Assembly: GCF_963921235.1 (NCBI RefSeq)
Contig: NC_086108.1
Location: forward strand, 43,712,001 to 43,776,000
Direction: 5' to 3'
Source: Mobula hypostoma
Taxonomy: Eukaryota
DNA: 64,000 nucleotides
The notes under the pieces were generated by a model. It did not search any database. It saw nothing but the letters and a program-made list of their open reading frames with translations, and had not been told where the DNA came from. The position numbers and the translations under genes are program-made. Shown in pieces: positions 38,304 to 51,974 of the stretch (the stretch's first letter is position 1; each line of letters opens with the position of its first letter).

Positions 38304-41300
38304 CTCGATCTACTGTTCGAGAATGAGACAGGGCAGGTGACCAAAGTTTGTGCAAGGGAACACTTTGCATCTAATGACCATAATGCCATTAGTTTCAATA
38401 TAACTATGGAGAAGAATAGGTCTGGTCCTCGAATTGAGATTCCAAGTTGGACAGAGGCAAATTTTGATGGTATCAAAAGGGATCTGGCAAGTTTAGATTA
38501 GGACAGGGTGTTTTCAGGCAAAGGTATGCTTGATGTGTGGAAAGCCTTCAAAGGTGAAATTTTGAGAGTACAGAGTTTGTCTGTTGCTGTCAAAATAAAA
38601 GGCAAGGATAACAGGTTTAGGGAACCTTGGTTTTCAAGCGATATTAAGGCCCTGGTTAGGAAGAAGTGGGTACATAGCAGGCAAAGGCAGGAAGGAACAA
38701 ATGAGGTACTTGAGTGTAAGAAATGTAAGAGAACACTTAAGAAGGAAATCAGGAGGGCTAAAAGAAAGCATGTGGTTGCTCTAGCCGACAAGGTGAAAGA
38801 GAATCCCAGGGGTTTCTACAAATATACTAAGAGCAAAAGGATTGCAAGGGACAAAGTTGGTTCTCTTGAAGATCTGAATGATCGTCTACTCGTGGAGCCA
38901 AAAGAGATGGGGGAGTCTTAAATGAATTTTTTGCAACTGTATTTTCTTGCAGACAGACAGAGAAGTGAAGCAAAATAGCAGTGAGGTATGGACTGTATAC
39001 AGATCACCGAGGAGGAGATGTTTGCTGTCTAGAGGCAAATTAAGGTGGATAAATCCCCAGGGCCTGACAAGGTATGTTTCCCTCAGACCTTGTGGAAAGC
39101 TAGTGCAGAAATTGCAGGTGCGCTAGGAGGGAGATTTAAAACATCCTTAGCAACAGGTGAGATGCTGGAGGATTGGAGAATAGTTAATGTTCTGTTGTTT
39201 AAGAAAGGCTCTAAAAGAAAGCCAGGAAATTATTGTACAGTAAGGCTGACATCAGTAGTAGGTAAATTATTGGAAGCTGCTCTAAGGGATCAGATTTGGA
39301 TATATGGGGATTGATTAAGGATAGTCAACATGGCTTTGTATGTGGTAGGTCGTGCCTAACCAGTCAGAGTTTTTTGAGGAAGTTACCAGAAAAGTTCATA
39401 AAGATGAGAAAAGTAGATGTTGTTTATGTAGTCTTTAGCAAGACCATTGACAAGGTCCTGCTTGGCAGTTTGGTCAAGAAGGTTCAGTCGTTTGATATTC
39501 TGGATGAAGTAATAAATTAAATTAGACATTGGCTTCGTGGGAAAAGCCCCAGAGTGGAAGTAGATGGTTGCCTTTCTGACTGGAGGCCTGTTGTGCTTCA
39601 GGGATTGGTATTGGGTCTGTTGTTGCTTGTCATCTATATCAATGATCTGGATGAAATGTTGTAAACTGGATCAGGAAATTTGCGGATTACACCAAAATTG
39701 GGGGCGTAGTTGACAGTGAGGAAGGCAATCAAAGCTTGCAGCGGGATCTGGACCAGCTGGAAAAGTGGACTGAAAAATGGCAGGTGGAATTTAATGTAGA
39801 AAAGTGTGAGATGTTACACTTTGGGAGGACAAACCAGGGTAAGACTTGCAGTGTGCAGTGGAGCACTGATGAGAGTGGTAGAACAGAGGGATCTGCGAAT
39901 TCAGCTTAATAATTCCTTGAAATTGGCGTCACAGGTAAACAGAGAACTTTTGGCACATTGGCCTTCATAAATCAAAGTATTGAGTACGGGAGTTGATTTG
40001 TTATGTTGAAGTTATATAAGATGTTGGTAAGGCCTAATTTGGAGTACTGTGTTTAGTTCTGGTCACCTAGCTATAGAAAAGGTAGCAATAAGATTGAAGT
40101 AGTGCAGAGAAAATTTACAAGGATGTTACCAGGACTTGAGGACCTGAGTTATAGGAAAAGGTTGAATAGCTTAGGACTTTATTCCCTAGAGCGTAGGGGA
40201 ATGAGGAGAGATTTGATAGAGATAAAATTATGAGGGGTATCGATAGGGTAAATAAGACATAGCAGCAGAATCGGACCATTCAGCCCATTGAGTCTGCTCT
40301 GCCTTTCCAACGTGGCTGACCCTGGATCCCACTTAACCCCATACATCTGCCTTCTCGCCATAACCTTTGATGCCCTGACCAAACAGGAAACTATCAATTT
40401 TCGCTTGAACAGTTTTGGCCTCCACTGTTGTCTGGCAGAGCATTCCACAGATTCACTACTCCTTGTCTAAAAAAACTGTTCTAAAGGGTCGCCCCTCAAT
40501 TTCAATATTCAGTAGATTTCAATGAGATCCCCCCCCCCATTCTTCTAAATTCCGGTGAGTACAGGCCCAAAGCTGCCAAAGGCTCCTCATTTGTTAACCC
40601 CTTCATTCCTGGAATCATCCTCGTGAAACCCCTCTGAACACTCTCCAATGACAACACACCCTTTCTGAGATGTGGGGCCCAAAACTGTTGACAGTATCCC
40701 AGTGTGGCTTGACTAGTGTCTTATAAAGCCTCAGCATTATCTCCTTGTTTTTATATTCTATTCCCCTTGAAATGAATGACAACATTGCATTTGCCTTCTT
40801 TACCACAGACTCAACCTGTAAATTAGCCTTCTGGAAGTCATGCATGAGGACTCCCAAGACCCTTTGCACCTCTAATGTTTGAATTTTCTCCCCATTTAGA
40901 TAATGGTCTGCACTTTTTCCCTTCTACCAAAATGCATTACCATACATTCCTCAACACTGTATTACATCTGCCATTTTTTGCCTATTCTTCCAATTTGTCC
41001 AAGTCAATTGTGTTGCTTCCTCAACACTACCTACCCCTCCACGTATCTTTGTATCATCTGCAAACTTTGCCACAAAGCCATCAATTGTGTTATCTAAATC
41101 ATTGACAAACAATGTGAAATACCCCTGAGGAACAGCACTAGTTACTGCAAGTGGGTTTTTTCCCCAGGTTGGGTAAGACTAGAACTGGAAGTCGTGGGTT
41201 AAGGTGAAAAATGAGCTATTTAAGGGGAACATGAGGGGCATCTTCTTCACTCAGGGTATTGAAGAGTGTGGAACGAGCTGCCGGTGGACGTAGTGGATTT

Positions 41301-41470
41301 GGTTTCAATTTAAACACTTAAGGAGAAATTTGGATAGGTACACGGATGGTAGTGGTATGGAGGGTTATGGTCTTGGGTACAGGTTGACAGGGCTAGGCCG
41401 ATTAATAGTTTGGCATGGATAATGGGCCAAAGGACCTGTTTCTGTGCTGTAGTGTACTATGATTATGATA
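38304..41470 (+). mobile_element. CR1 LINE ORF2 and 3' end, decayed, interrupted by a nested CR1
   Basis: EPWFS, KENPRGFYKY, DKSPGPD, RLTSVVGKLLE, DSQHGF in broken frames; resumes at 41147 and ends in a (TATGAT)n tail. Confidence 0.88.
40254..41146 (-). mobile_element. CR1 3' fragment nested in opposite orientation
   Basis: Minus ORF 40615-40869 VKKANAMLSFISRGIEYK..LYKTLVKPH; the host sequence GATAGGGTAAAT|GCAAG is split at its ends. Confidence 0.82.
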
Positions 41471-43809
41471 TGAAAAATGTTCCAGTGAACTCGATCAGTT
41501 TAGTGGGAGTGTGGGAAAAGGAGCCCACTGAGTTTAGAGACAGCACAGGAGGCAGGGCCCTGATGGGGCTTGATGGTACACAGGAAACCAAGTCAAGTGA
41601 GCCAGATACCAAATCTATGAATTTCCAGAAAATGAAATAATGGATTATCACTGTTTTATTGTAAAGCTCTTAGTCTTCTATCCCTTCTCCACCCTTGCCC
41701 GCACTCGCAAAGAATACTTTTTCTTCAGATAAAATTTATGATGTGAATGTCAAACCAACGAAAGTAATAATTCAGATGTTGCCTCCTCCCCTCTGGACCT
41801 CTCGAGCAAAAGGATTATTCAGTTCATGACCAAGGCTTAATGAGAACTTTTATTCCCTACAATTTTTCTCAAAATTTATAAATACAAGTTTAGAAGATTG
41901 CTTATTTAAAATCAAAAATATTTTCCCCTAGTAATTATTCTGTTCAGAAGAAGACTGGCCAAATCTGTTGTCTTTCCCTACTTACAGCTGCAATTTTTGG
42001 CATGTGTGCCCCAAGCCAGTCCTTGAGTTCAGAAGGATGCGTTGAAAAGATAAATGACTTCCAGCTGTAACACATGTAGAGTTGTACATCCTTCCAGCTG
42101 TCTTCCATGTCCTTCCCTGTTCTTTGTGCTCAGGCTATTACGATGTAATGTACGGAGTTTTCCTGTAAATTACTTAAGCTGTGCTGGATTTAAAGAGTTT
42201 CAATTTTAGAACAAGGCAGTATAGAAACTTTTTGACTGAAGAGAAAAACAGGGATAGAAACAGTAATGGGAGATTGGATTAACGTAAAAATCAGATAGGG
42301 ACAAAATGACCATTGATGGTATCAGTGACTATTATTTCATTGTTACTGCATAGTCGTAGTCATTTTTCTTTGAAATGCTTTACTTTTCACTACAAAAATG
42401 CTGTACTGTATCAGGATTAATAACTGAAATATCTGATTTTTTTAAACTAGTTACAGATAATTAACTTGCAAAGATAAATTGAACTTTAATCCTCTTCTCT
42501 TGAGGGTTAGTCAAAATCATCAGCTTACCACCAAATAAGCTTTAAATTAGTCAGATATTTTGTGTATTTCAAACATTAGATTTTATGATGAGCTTTATTC
42601 AGATTTGTGCATTTTTATAAATTGTTGGAATATTGTCTTGCACTTGCTAATTTTATTTAACATTTTGCCAATTTTTGGCATTTTGTTTAATTACTACTTG
42701 TAATTCTTCACAGCCATTTCCAATTAATTAAAGATATTAAGTGTTTTGTGCCTAGTAATGTGAACAAAATTGATAGTTTGTGAAGACATTTTCATCTAAA
42801 CTTTATTTTTGTTATAGTAATCAAATAGAGAATATTTTTTCACAGTCTCCATTTCAGTCTTGTGAAAGCTCAAATTTGATGAATCATCTTGTACCTGTAT
42901 TTATTGCAGTTAGGACAAGAGTCTCCAGTTTTCTAAGGTGCAAATTGTTACTTTTATTCTCTTGATGTATATAAAATACACATTGAATCATGTGTGTGCC
43001 GACTAGGTATGTAAACTCAACATCTTGTATTCAACTTTCAGATAAATTCTTCTTCCAGTCGGAGCTGGGATGCATTGCATCTGCAAAGTGTCAGATATCT
43101 CTGGGTTGCAATGCACTGATACTTAAAAATAACCACTAACCTATAAACATCTTTTCATAAGTTGTGTTTACCATCATACGTCAGGTCCAACTTGTTAACC
43201 AGCCCTGTTCTCAATGACCTATATTGACTCCTAGTACCCACACCTTTTATCACGTGTTTCATTATTGTTAATGGGACTTTATCAGCTGCCATGTTTCCTT
43301 ACATTGCAATGGTAACTGGCTGAACAGTAAGTGGCTTCAGGCTTGTTTGTTGTATCTTTAGGATGTGTAGAGTTTGTTTAAGTTCAGCTTTTATTTTATT
43401 TCTTGCTCTTTTTGTAATATCTTATAGTTACTTGTGTTTAGGCTGTTCTGCTCTGAACTGTTATACTGCCATACTCCCATCTTCCCTTCATCCCACAATT
43501 GCGGCAGTATCTTCAGTTCTGTACACTCTGTGCTGTGCGGTTTCCTTCCTCACCTCCTCTGTCTCTTCAGTTCCTTCTTAAAAGATCCACCTTAAAACTC
43601 ACCTCATTTACTAAGCTTTTGAATATCTCTTGTCTCATTGTTTACTAATTGGATCAAATAACTATAATTCATTAATTTGAATGATTTTGCTGAGCTGTGA
43701 AGAACTGATGTGGCACATTCTCAACTTGAAATATGTCTTCCCTTGCCCTTTAATGTTTCTTTGGGCTTGCCTGTTTTTAATATTACGAAATGTAATGCAA
43801 TATCTAATC

Positions 43810-43970
43810 AACACACACAGAATGCTGGAGGAACTCAGCAAGCCAGGCAGCATCTATGGGGAGAAAAAATACAGTTGACGTTTCGGGCAGAGACCCTTCA
43901 CCTGCTGAGTTCCTCTAGCATTCAGTGTGTGATGCTTGGATTTCCAGCATTTACAGATTTTCTGTTGTAA
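43810..43970. mobile_element. Older miniature PLE fold-back with tail and TSD
   Basis: Minus arm 43810-43900 ends in GACGTTTCGGGCAGAGACCCTTCA; plus arm CCTGCTGAGTTCCTCTAGCATT plus tail; 13-bp TSD GCAATATCTAATC at 43797-43809 and 43971-43983. Confidence 0.8.
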
Positions 43971-44459
43971 GCAATATCTAATCTTTGTGTGTACAGTATT
44001 CAAAATGTATAATATTTGAGCAGTCTTGGTTTTATGAAATAATTCAAAGGTGAAAAATAAATATTAATTCAGAATTGAAATACTTGGAAACTTCCATTTC
44101 TACTTTTGTTATACATCTGTAATTGTTCTAAATGTTAGGCAGTTTCACATCTTGCTTTGTTCCTGATTTGTAATGAAACTTATAGTTCCCCTGTAGCATT
44201 TTAAGCTGTATGCGTGTCTAGGGAAGTTGACCAATGTTCTGTCATGTTGTTTACAAGAGGGCACATGGTGCTTGAGAAGAAACCTGTTCTACATGTGTCC
44301 ATCTGGTGATCTGATGTTCATCATCATGTGAAGTGGATTGCAATGGTGGTGTTGGTAAACTTGCTCTTTTCTATATTTAATTCAAGTTCACTTTATAGAA
44401 GTTGGTGCCTTGACAATGTAAAGAATGGATGCCAATATTCCTCATCAAAGAGCTGATGT

Positions 44460-45690
44460 CAAATACAAACTGCAGGAGGAAATCAGCAGGTCAGGCTGTA
44501 TCCGAGGAAACAGATGGTTGACATTTTGGTTCACGACCCTGAGAATGGCAGAGTAAATGAATGAGAGGGAAGGGTGAGAGGAGGGCTGATAGGTTATGTT
44601 GGCATAGGCAGGTGGAGCAGGGGAGGGGATGTTTAGAAATTGATGGGTGGAATCAGGTTAGGAATAAACTAGGTAGTTGAAACCAAGTGGGAGAGGGCAG
44701 TGAAAGATAGAGACAGAAGCTGGCAGGTCCTAAGTGAAACTGGATATGGGAGATGTGGTCAGCAGGTTTAGCCTGATGAGAAAGCTAAGCTGAGAAAAAA
44801 TAAAGTTGAGTGTGTGTGTGTGGGTGATAGACAGATAGACTGTGTGGAACAGGGTAATGAATCTAGATAACTGGGGTTGGGTGGGTGGGGGGGGAAGAGG
44901 AGTAAAAGCTTGAAAAGGAGAGAGAAAGAGAACCTAGGATGACTGCTAAGGGTGGGCAAAGCACACACATTGTGGATTTCCTGAACTTGGCAAGTTCAAT
45001 GTTCATACCTTTGGGTTGTAGGCTAGCCAATTAATGTAATGTGATTTTTCTGCAACCTAATGGCAGTCTACAACCCAGTGCTATGAAACTAGAAAATTTA
45101 TAGTTCATAAATCACTTTGCCTTTGTTCCAGTTCCACTCCTATTGCTCCACCCATGTTCTCATTCTGCCTTTTGCACCCCTTCCTCCCAACCCACCCTAC
45201 TACTTGGTTCCATCTGCCCCTCACTCACACACCCATTCACCTAGGTTTCTTTCTTGGTCTACCCTTTGCATTCAATCCCCCATCGGGTTCCATCTGCACA
45301 TCATCTGATTTCACCTGTCACCTTCCAGTCATTGTCTTTACCCTCTCCTTTCCCCTTCCATCCTCCCCCCAGCTGGGTTTATCTGTCCATTTATTTCCCC
45401 TTGTGTTTCCACCAATCACCCACCAGCCTAACTCTAAACTGTTCTCTTCCCGAACAACCAGTTCGTTATCTTCCACCTAGCCCGGTTCCAACTATTATTT
45501 ACCAACTTGCCTGTCACCCCTTCCTCTCTCCTTATAGTGACTATCATCCCCTAGATGAAGGGTCTTGACCTGAACCATTCAGTATAAGGTTACCTCCACA
45601 GATGTTGTTTGACCTGCTGAATTTCAGCAGCAGTTTCTTTTCCTTTTTTTTCCCTCCAGATTCCAGCATCTTCACTGTCTTGTATCTCAA
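44460..45690. mobile_element. Old, diverged PLE inverted pair
   Basis: Purine-rich minus arm ending in a GIY-YIG 3' end (TTCAATGTTCATACC..GGTTGTAGGCT) faces a pyrimidine-rich plus arm starting GCAGTCTACAACCCAG and ending with a decayed hammerhead (TAGATGAAGGGTCTTGACCTGAA) and tail. Confidence 0.6.
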
Positions 45691-45819
45691 ACCCAGTGAG
45701 TTTAGATCAATTAATTTATAAAATGGGTTAATAATGTGAACATTTTGGAGCAACAGAATCAGTAGCATGCAAACCAGTCATGAGATGCCAGCCTGGCAAA
45801 ACTGTAATATGTGGTTGGA

Positions 45820-46680
45820 ACACCCATAAAATGCTGGAGGAACTCAGCAGCTAAGTCAGCATCCATAAGAACGTTAGCGTTTCTGGTTTCAGGAAGGGGC
45901 AAGTAACCAATATGAGGTGTGGGGAGAGAAGGGAGTACAAGCTAGAAGGTGATAGGTGAAGCTAGGTGGGTGGGGGGAGGAGGGAATGAAATGAGAAGCT
46001 GGGTGGTGATAGTAGAAGAAGGAACCTGATAGAGAGTGGATCATGGGAGAAAGGGAAGGAGGGGGGCACTGGGGGAGGTGACAGGCAAATGAGAAGAGTA
46101 GAGGTAAGAAGGGTGCCAGAGTGGGGAATGGTGGAAAGGGAGAAGGTAGAAAATTATCATAAATTAGAGAAATCAATGTTCATGCTATCAGGTTAGAGGC
46201 TAGCCAGACGGAATATGAGGTGTTGATCCTCCAACCTGAGAGTGCCCTCATTGTGGCAGTATAGGAAGCCAAGTACCGACATATCAGAACGGCAATGGGG
46301 ATTGGAATTAAAAAGGTTGGCCACCAGGAAATCCTGCTTGTTGCGGATGGAGTGAAGGTACTCAACAGAGCGGTCCCCCAATTTTTGTCGGGTCTCAACA
46401 ATGTAGAGGGGGGTCCAATTAGGAGCACGGATACAGTAGGCAACCCCAACAGACTCACAGGTGAAGTATTACCTCACCTGGGAGGATTGTTTGGGGCCCG
46501 GAATGGAGGTGAGGGAGGAGTTAAATGGGCAGGTGTAGCACTTCCACTTGCAGGGATAAGTGCCAAGAAGGAGAGTAGTGGGGCAGGATCAATGGACAAG
46601 ACAATGGAAACCTAGAGAGAGCAATCCCTGTGGAGAATGGGGGGGGGGAGGGGTGGCTGTGATGCAAGTAAAGATGTGTT
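45820..46680 (-). mobile_element. PLE fragment (GIY-YIG and 3' repeat), decayed
   Basis: ORF 46193-46381 GDRSVEYLHSIR..LRLEDQHLIFRLASL is homologous to 2378-2704. Confidence 0.85.
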
Positions 46681-49600
46681 CCATTCCCACTCCTAGCGGT
46701 CCACCTAATTGGAAGAAGATACACGTGGTTTTATGCGTGAAAGAGCAAAAACAGGAAAAGGACAGAGCTAAGCAATTTCACAATCTTAAGAAACTGCAGT
46801 GCTGCCATATTAATTGTAAATTAAAGAATGATGGGAATGTATGTAGGACCATTCACAACTGATCAGTGCCCTGAGTGTGAATGCTTAAGGCAAGGATGAA
46901 GCCATCTTAAAGGGGAAGTGCTGAGTGATCATCACCTGTTTCTTGTGTTGGAGAATCCCATGATCAGTCAGTTTGATTTGTTTATCAAGAAACTGCTGAG
47001 AGCAGTTTCCTGATGAAGACTATGTTACCAATCATATTCTTGCTCTAATACTGAAAATTTTCACTTGAATTAGATCTGAATGTAGATAAGCTGCTTTGGT
47101 ACATTTCTCACATGTGGAAAATGGCCCAGATATATAATCCACAAAACAGGGGAAAAAAATCAGTGTGGCTACTCACAAAGCAGTCACTTACTTGCTCAAT
47201 CCTGGAAGATGTCAGTACAGGTGCAATCAAACGGTGCCTATTTGTAACCTGTATTTTACTGTCATCTTCAGATTACATCTAAGCCACTCATTTCTACATA
47301 ACACTGTAGTTGTAGTCTAAACATTGACTTAAGAACTGAATTACAGGTGAGATCAGATTGCCTGCCTTGACAGCAGGCACCATTTGACTGAATTTGACAG
47401 GAAGGTGCCTAGTAAAACTGAAGAAGGTGGGCATCTAAGGGAATAACACTCCAATGCACACAAAGCAAGTTAGCTGTATTTATTACAGGTCAATAATCTT
47501 GACTCCAGGAGGTGTACGTTAGTCAAGGTAGTGTGGCTTAAATATAACATCTTTGGGTAATTCATTCTGGCAGTACATGAAGTATAAGGATGGTATATTT
47601 TTCATTAGTATTTCTGATCTCTGAAAAATATATCATTTTTGATGTGCAAAATTCACCCAAAAGTATAAATTATGATTATTCCTACAACTTTACAATTCAT
47701 ATAATCTAATGATCCTGATACAGAAGATGGCATTCTACGCAATTTAACTGATGTGTTTTCATAAGCCATAGTCACTTTACGGTTGTGTCTTTTGAGGTTT
47801 TCATGTTGTTCATACACAGGATGTGGATGTAGCTGCTAAGTCTAGAATTTGTGTTCCAATTTATATTCAAAGGTGATTATAAGTTGCCGTCTTGAGCTAC
47901 CAACTATCCTTGTAGAGAAAATACTCTCATGGTCCTTTTATGATTAGTAGTCTTGATTTTGTTGGTGTTAATATTGTTGTAAGAAGTTCAGGGATCTTGA
48001 CTCGGCAGCAGTGAAGGAATAGTAACATATTTCTAAGTCTAGATATTTACAACATGGTGCACAATTGCAAGAATTAGCATTATCAAGCACCAGCTGTCTT
48101 TGATTCTCCTGAGTTCCATATTTGGGGGAGTGGGATGCAGTGAAAAAAACCCTGGCAAGTTACCGCATTGCATTTTGTGGATGTCAAAAGCCCATTAGCA
48201 CAGGGCAACTGAAGTGGAAGGACTGAATGTTGGCAGATGCTTTGGCCTGGATGCTGTCTAATTTCTCAAGTGCAGCTGATTGCTGCACCAGGTAAACACC
48301 CTGTATCTTGCAAATGATGGAAAGACTTTGGAGAGCAATGTGGTTAGTAACCGCACTCTTGTAATCCCATTATTTATTTGCCTGGTCAATGATGACCATC
48401 AATCAGTCTGTTAATTGTTGAAAATTTGGCAATGATAAAACCAAAGTGCTTTGTAAATGGATAAGGCTGTAGGCTGGCATCTCTAAATCCATGTCATCTC
48501 TATCTCAGAACCACTTAATAATATCTAGCTCTCAGATCAAGCCTTTGTACAGCTGTCCTTGTCAGTATTTTGTTTGCCCATCAGGCTGTGAAGCATCCAG
48601 CGATGTCTATTTTCCTAGATGTGATCGAATAATTGGGTAGTGTAAGGGAGTATCAGATTATTTTACGATGAGTTGACGTAATTTGTAAGAAGTTTGGTTA
48701 CAAGTTTCATAATGATATTGTTTATACATTACTTTGTAAAAATGATTTTAATTAACTGCTAGTTTCTGGGTGAAGATGTTTTATTTCAGCTGATGTACTC
48801 TAGGTTTTGAAGGAGCAAGTTTTGAAAAAAAAAAGGCAAGGTACATTCCAAAAGACTTAAGTTGAAATTATAACAAAGTAGCTGTTGTATATTTTGCATT
48901 TTGACTTGATTGCCTTGAGTCTGCTTGTTGAAGTTTTAAGTGTTATGTTTCACAGCACTTCCCCTTTTGTGGTTTATTGGTTAGACAACGCCTAGTATTC
49001 ATGATTTGAAAAAAAAATCTGTTTCTTCTCGCTTTCTATGGGTATTGCAGTTTAAAAGAAGTAAATTCAATGATTTTGCCTTGGGTAATTGAAACAGTAA
49101 TTATTCTCAACTCTTTTTGTTGTGGAACTGAGTGACTTGCGTTTCAGAGGTCAGATAAAAAATTTAAGGCATATGGAATATGGAATTAATGCAAGCAAGT
49201 GAGGTTAGTATAGATGCACATGATGGTTGACATGGACAGGGTGAGCTGAAGGGCCCTTTTCTGTGCTCTACGGCTTTAACTAATCCATTCTAGATTGAAA
49301 TTAATTCAGACTAGATGAGTATGACAGATTTCCTTCCCTGAAGAACATTATAGTGTGGCTTCATGATAACTCTGTGGTTTGTTTTCTCTCCCTATATTTT
49401 TGACTGAATGTATGTACACTCAGTAGGCATTTTATTAGGTACAGGAGACGGATGGTAATGATGTAAGTGAACCCTGAGGCTACGCTCCAAGTTATCATTA
49501 ACTCGTTCATTAAACCCGCTGAATGAATAGGCTTCATACTAAGTTTCTATAAGGCAAAGGTCCTCTGCCAGCCTAAATACCCTTTACATAACACCACATC

Positions 49601-51642
49601 CCAACAATAAATTTCATCAACTGGGTCCAGAAAACATCACTTTCAATATCTTGGGAGCCTACCTCTTAGTGAATACAGAATTCAGTAACAGAAATCACCA
49701 ATGCACTTGCACGGTTTTTTGAAGATTAAGAGTATAATAGTTGGTTTGAAGTCACGGTCTCCTGATCTGTGATCCTCACCTTGCCATATGGTTTTGAGGT
49801 ATGGATTACTTGAGCCAGCATTACAAAATATTGGAGAGTTTTCACCAATACTACTGCAAAATCCTCCAAACTCATTGCTGGACAATGAAATTGATCTTGG
49901 TATTTTCTGCCAGGCTGACATCATCACCATTGACAATTGTATTTACACTTGCTCCATTTCAATATATCATTCATACTCATGAAACCAGGCGTATCTCTGA
50001 AATTTACAGCAGCAGGTGTGTAAAAAGGGCCCAGAGGAAAATCAGGAACTCCAGCCACCCCAACCACAAACTGTTTCAGCTGCTTCCGTCTGGCAAACGG
50101 TACCACAGCATTAAAGACAGGGCCAACAGGCTACAGGACAGCTTTCACCAGGCCATCAGATTGATCAATACACATTGTACATTGTATCTCACTGTACATA
50201 CATGTGTACAAAACAATTATGTATACTATCTTAGTGTTTGGGCAATGGAGCGATGGAGATGCAACATAAAAAATTTTTACTCCCTCATTGTGAGATGGAT
50301 GTGAGAAATAAAATTCTATTCCAAAACACAGGATTGTAATTTACATATGAATGTTGGCAGGATGAACTCTTCAGTACACTTTCACCACTGTAATACTGCA
50401 AAATTTAAGTTTGTCTGTGATCAATGGGGACATTTTCATTGAGTATTTAATAAAGCCATAGTAGCAATTAGCCTGTTGCAGGTATTAAGAGAATACAGTC
50501 TATGCCAATCACTGGGGTGCCTCCAAGACTACAACCAGGAAAAAATATATTCAAAACACATGGGGTTATTTTAATTTAAAGTGAGCTGAGTTCCTTAGTT
50601 TCACTTGTTAAGTGGGCTACAGCAAACTAAAAGTGTAAGAAAGGTAATTTAATTATAATTACCAGAGTGAAATAAATGAGGGAATACTTTCAATATTAAA
50701 TTATTAGGCAGGGTTTAATTGTGGCACAGCAAAGTTTAATTCATTTTCACAAAGTGAACATTAAGTAGGTTTTAAGGATTTAATTTTTTTTAATGTGGCA
50801 AGGACATTCATTCTGCACAGTAGAGGAATGTGGTTTATTTCCAATAACGAAAGTGATTATTATTGGTTACCTGAACCTTTTAAATTGTTTTCTTGTATAA
50901 ATATTGCTTCATTTTACTGTTTTCTAACCATTAAGGGATTACATGTTCCTTCTAAAAAAAATTGTTTCATTATCTTGAATACAAAAGTAATTTTGTTGTC
51001 CAGATATGGCAGAAGTTACTGTTGCCCAAACTATAGCTAATTGGGATCCCTTAATAGTTTTTCAATCTTTCAGTTGAAAACAAGTGCAAAGTTGCTTTTC
51101 TCAACTTAAAACACTTATATTTTGCAGAAAAGGTGCGAATTTCAGACAAGCAAATCTGTTATCTGTGTGGTAAACTGTACATACAGCTCTAACATGTACC
51201 GTCATTTGAGTGATCTAGCAAGTCACACCCTGTATAAAATCTTAGTACTTTCACTCATATCTACATTATAGGTATTTCTGAGGGAGTATTAATTGTTCAG
51301 AAAATAATGACTTTCTGTAGGACGTTTGTGACCTTGCATTACTTAGTATTGATATATAATTTAAACAAAAGCTTTGTAGTCCTTTCATATGTCTTGTAGC
51401 CAGCAAACTGATACAGTCCTATGGTGAAGAAGCATTGCTTTGCTTGGAATCAAAAGTATTCATTCAGCTTCATCTGAAACAATAGATATGAATCAGTACC
51501 TACTGCAAGATAGTATAGTGCTGATGTGGACAGTATCAATCTGTATTAAAAAGTGTATTGTGTAAGTTAAAAACAGCATTTCTAGAATCAAGGTAGTGTA
51601 CAGAAGGGAAAATCTTCTAATTATGTTCTCTTTCCCTGGCAG

Positions 51643-51733
51643 CGTTGTTCCACTTTTAAGGCAATCCATTGGGATTTTAATGCAACGTACACCTCCTTCT
51701 TTGGATCACATATTGCCACAGTGCTACCAGCGG
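51643..51733 (+). CDS. slc30a7: ZnT7 coding exon 9 (91 bp)
   Basis: CTGGCAG|C GTT GTT...CAG CGG|GTGCG; encodes VVPLLRQSIGILMQRTPPSLDHILPQCYQR. Confidence 0.95.
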
Positions 51734-51824
51734 GTGCGTACAATTAATTTTGTATTATTAAGTCTTAGAAGAATCCTCAGTACATCTAGTTCAGTGAAAC
51801 ACTAAAATGTTCTATTTTTTTTAG

Positions 51825-51974
51825 GTTCAACACTTGCAAGGTGTATATAGTATAATTGATCCCCACTTCTGGACTTTATGTAGTGAAGTTTACATTGGAA
51901 CAATGAAGCTTCTGGTAGCTCCTGATGCAGATGCACGATGGATTTTGAGCCAAACACACAACATTTTCACTCAG
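51825..51974 (+). CDS. slc30a7: ZnT7 coding exon 10 (150 bp)
   Basis: TTTTTAG|GTT CAA...ACT CAG|GTATA; encodes VQHLQGVYSIIDPHFWTLCSEVYIGTMKLLVAPDADARWILSQTHNIFTQ. Confidence 0.95.
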
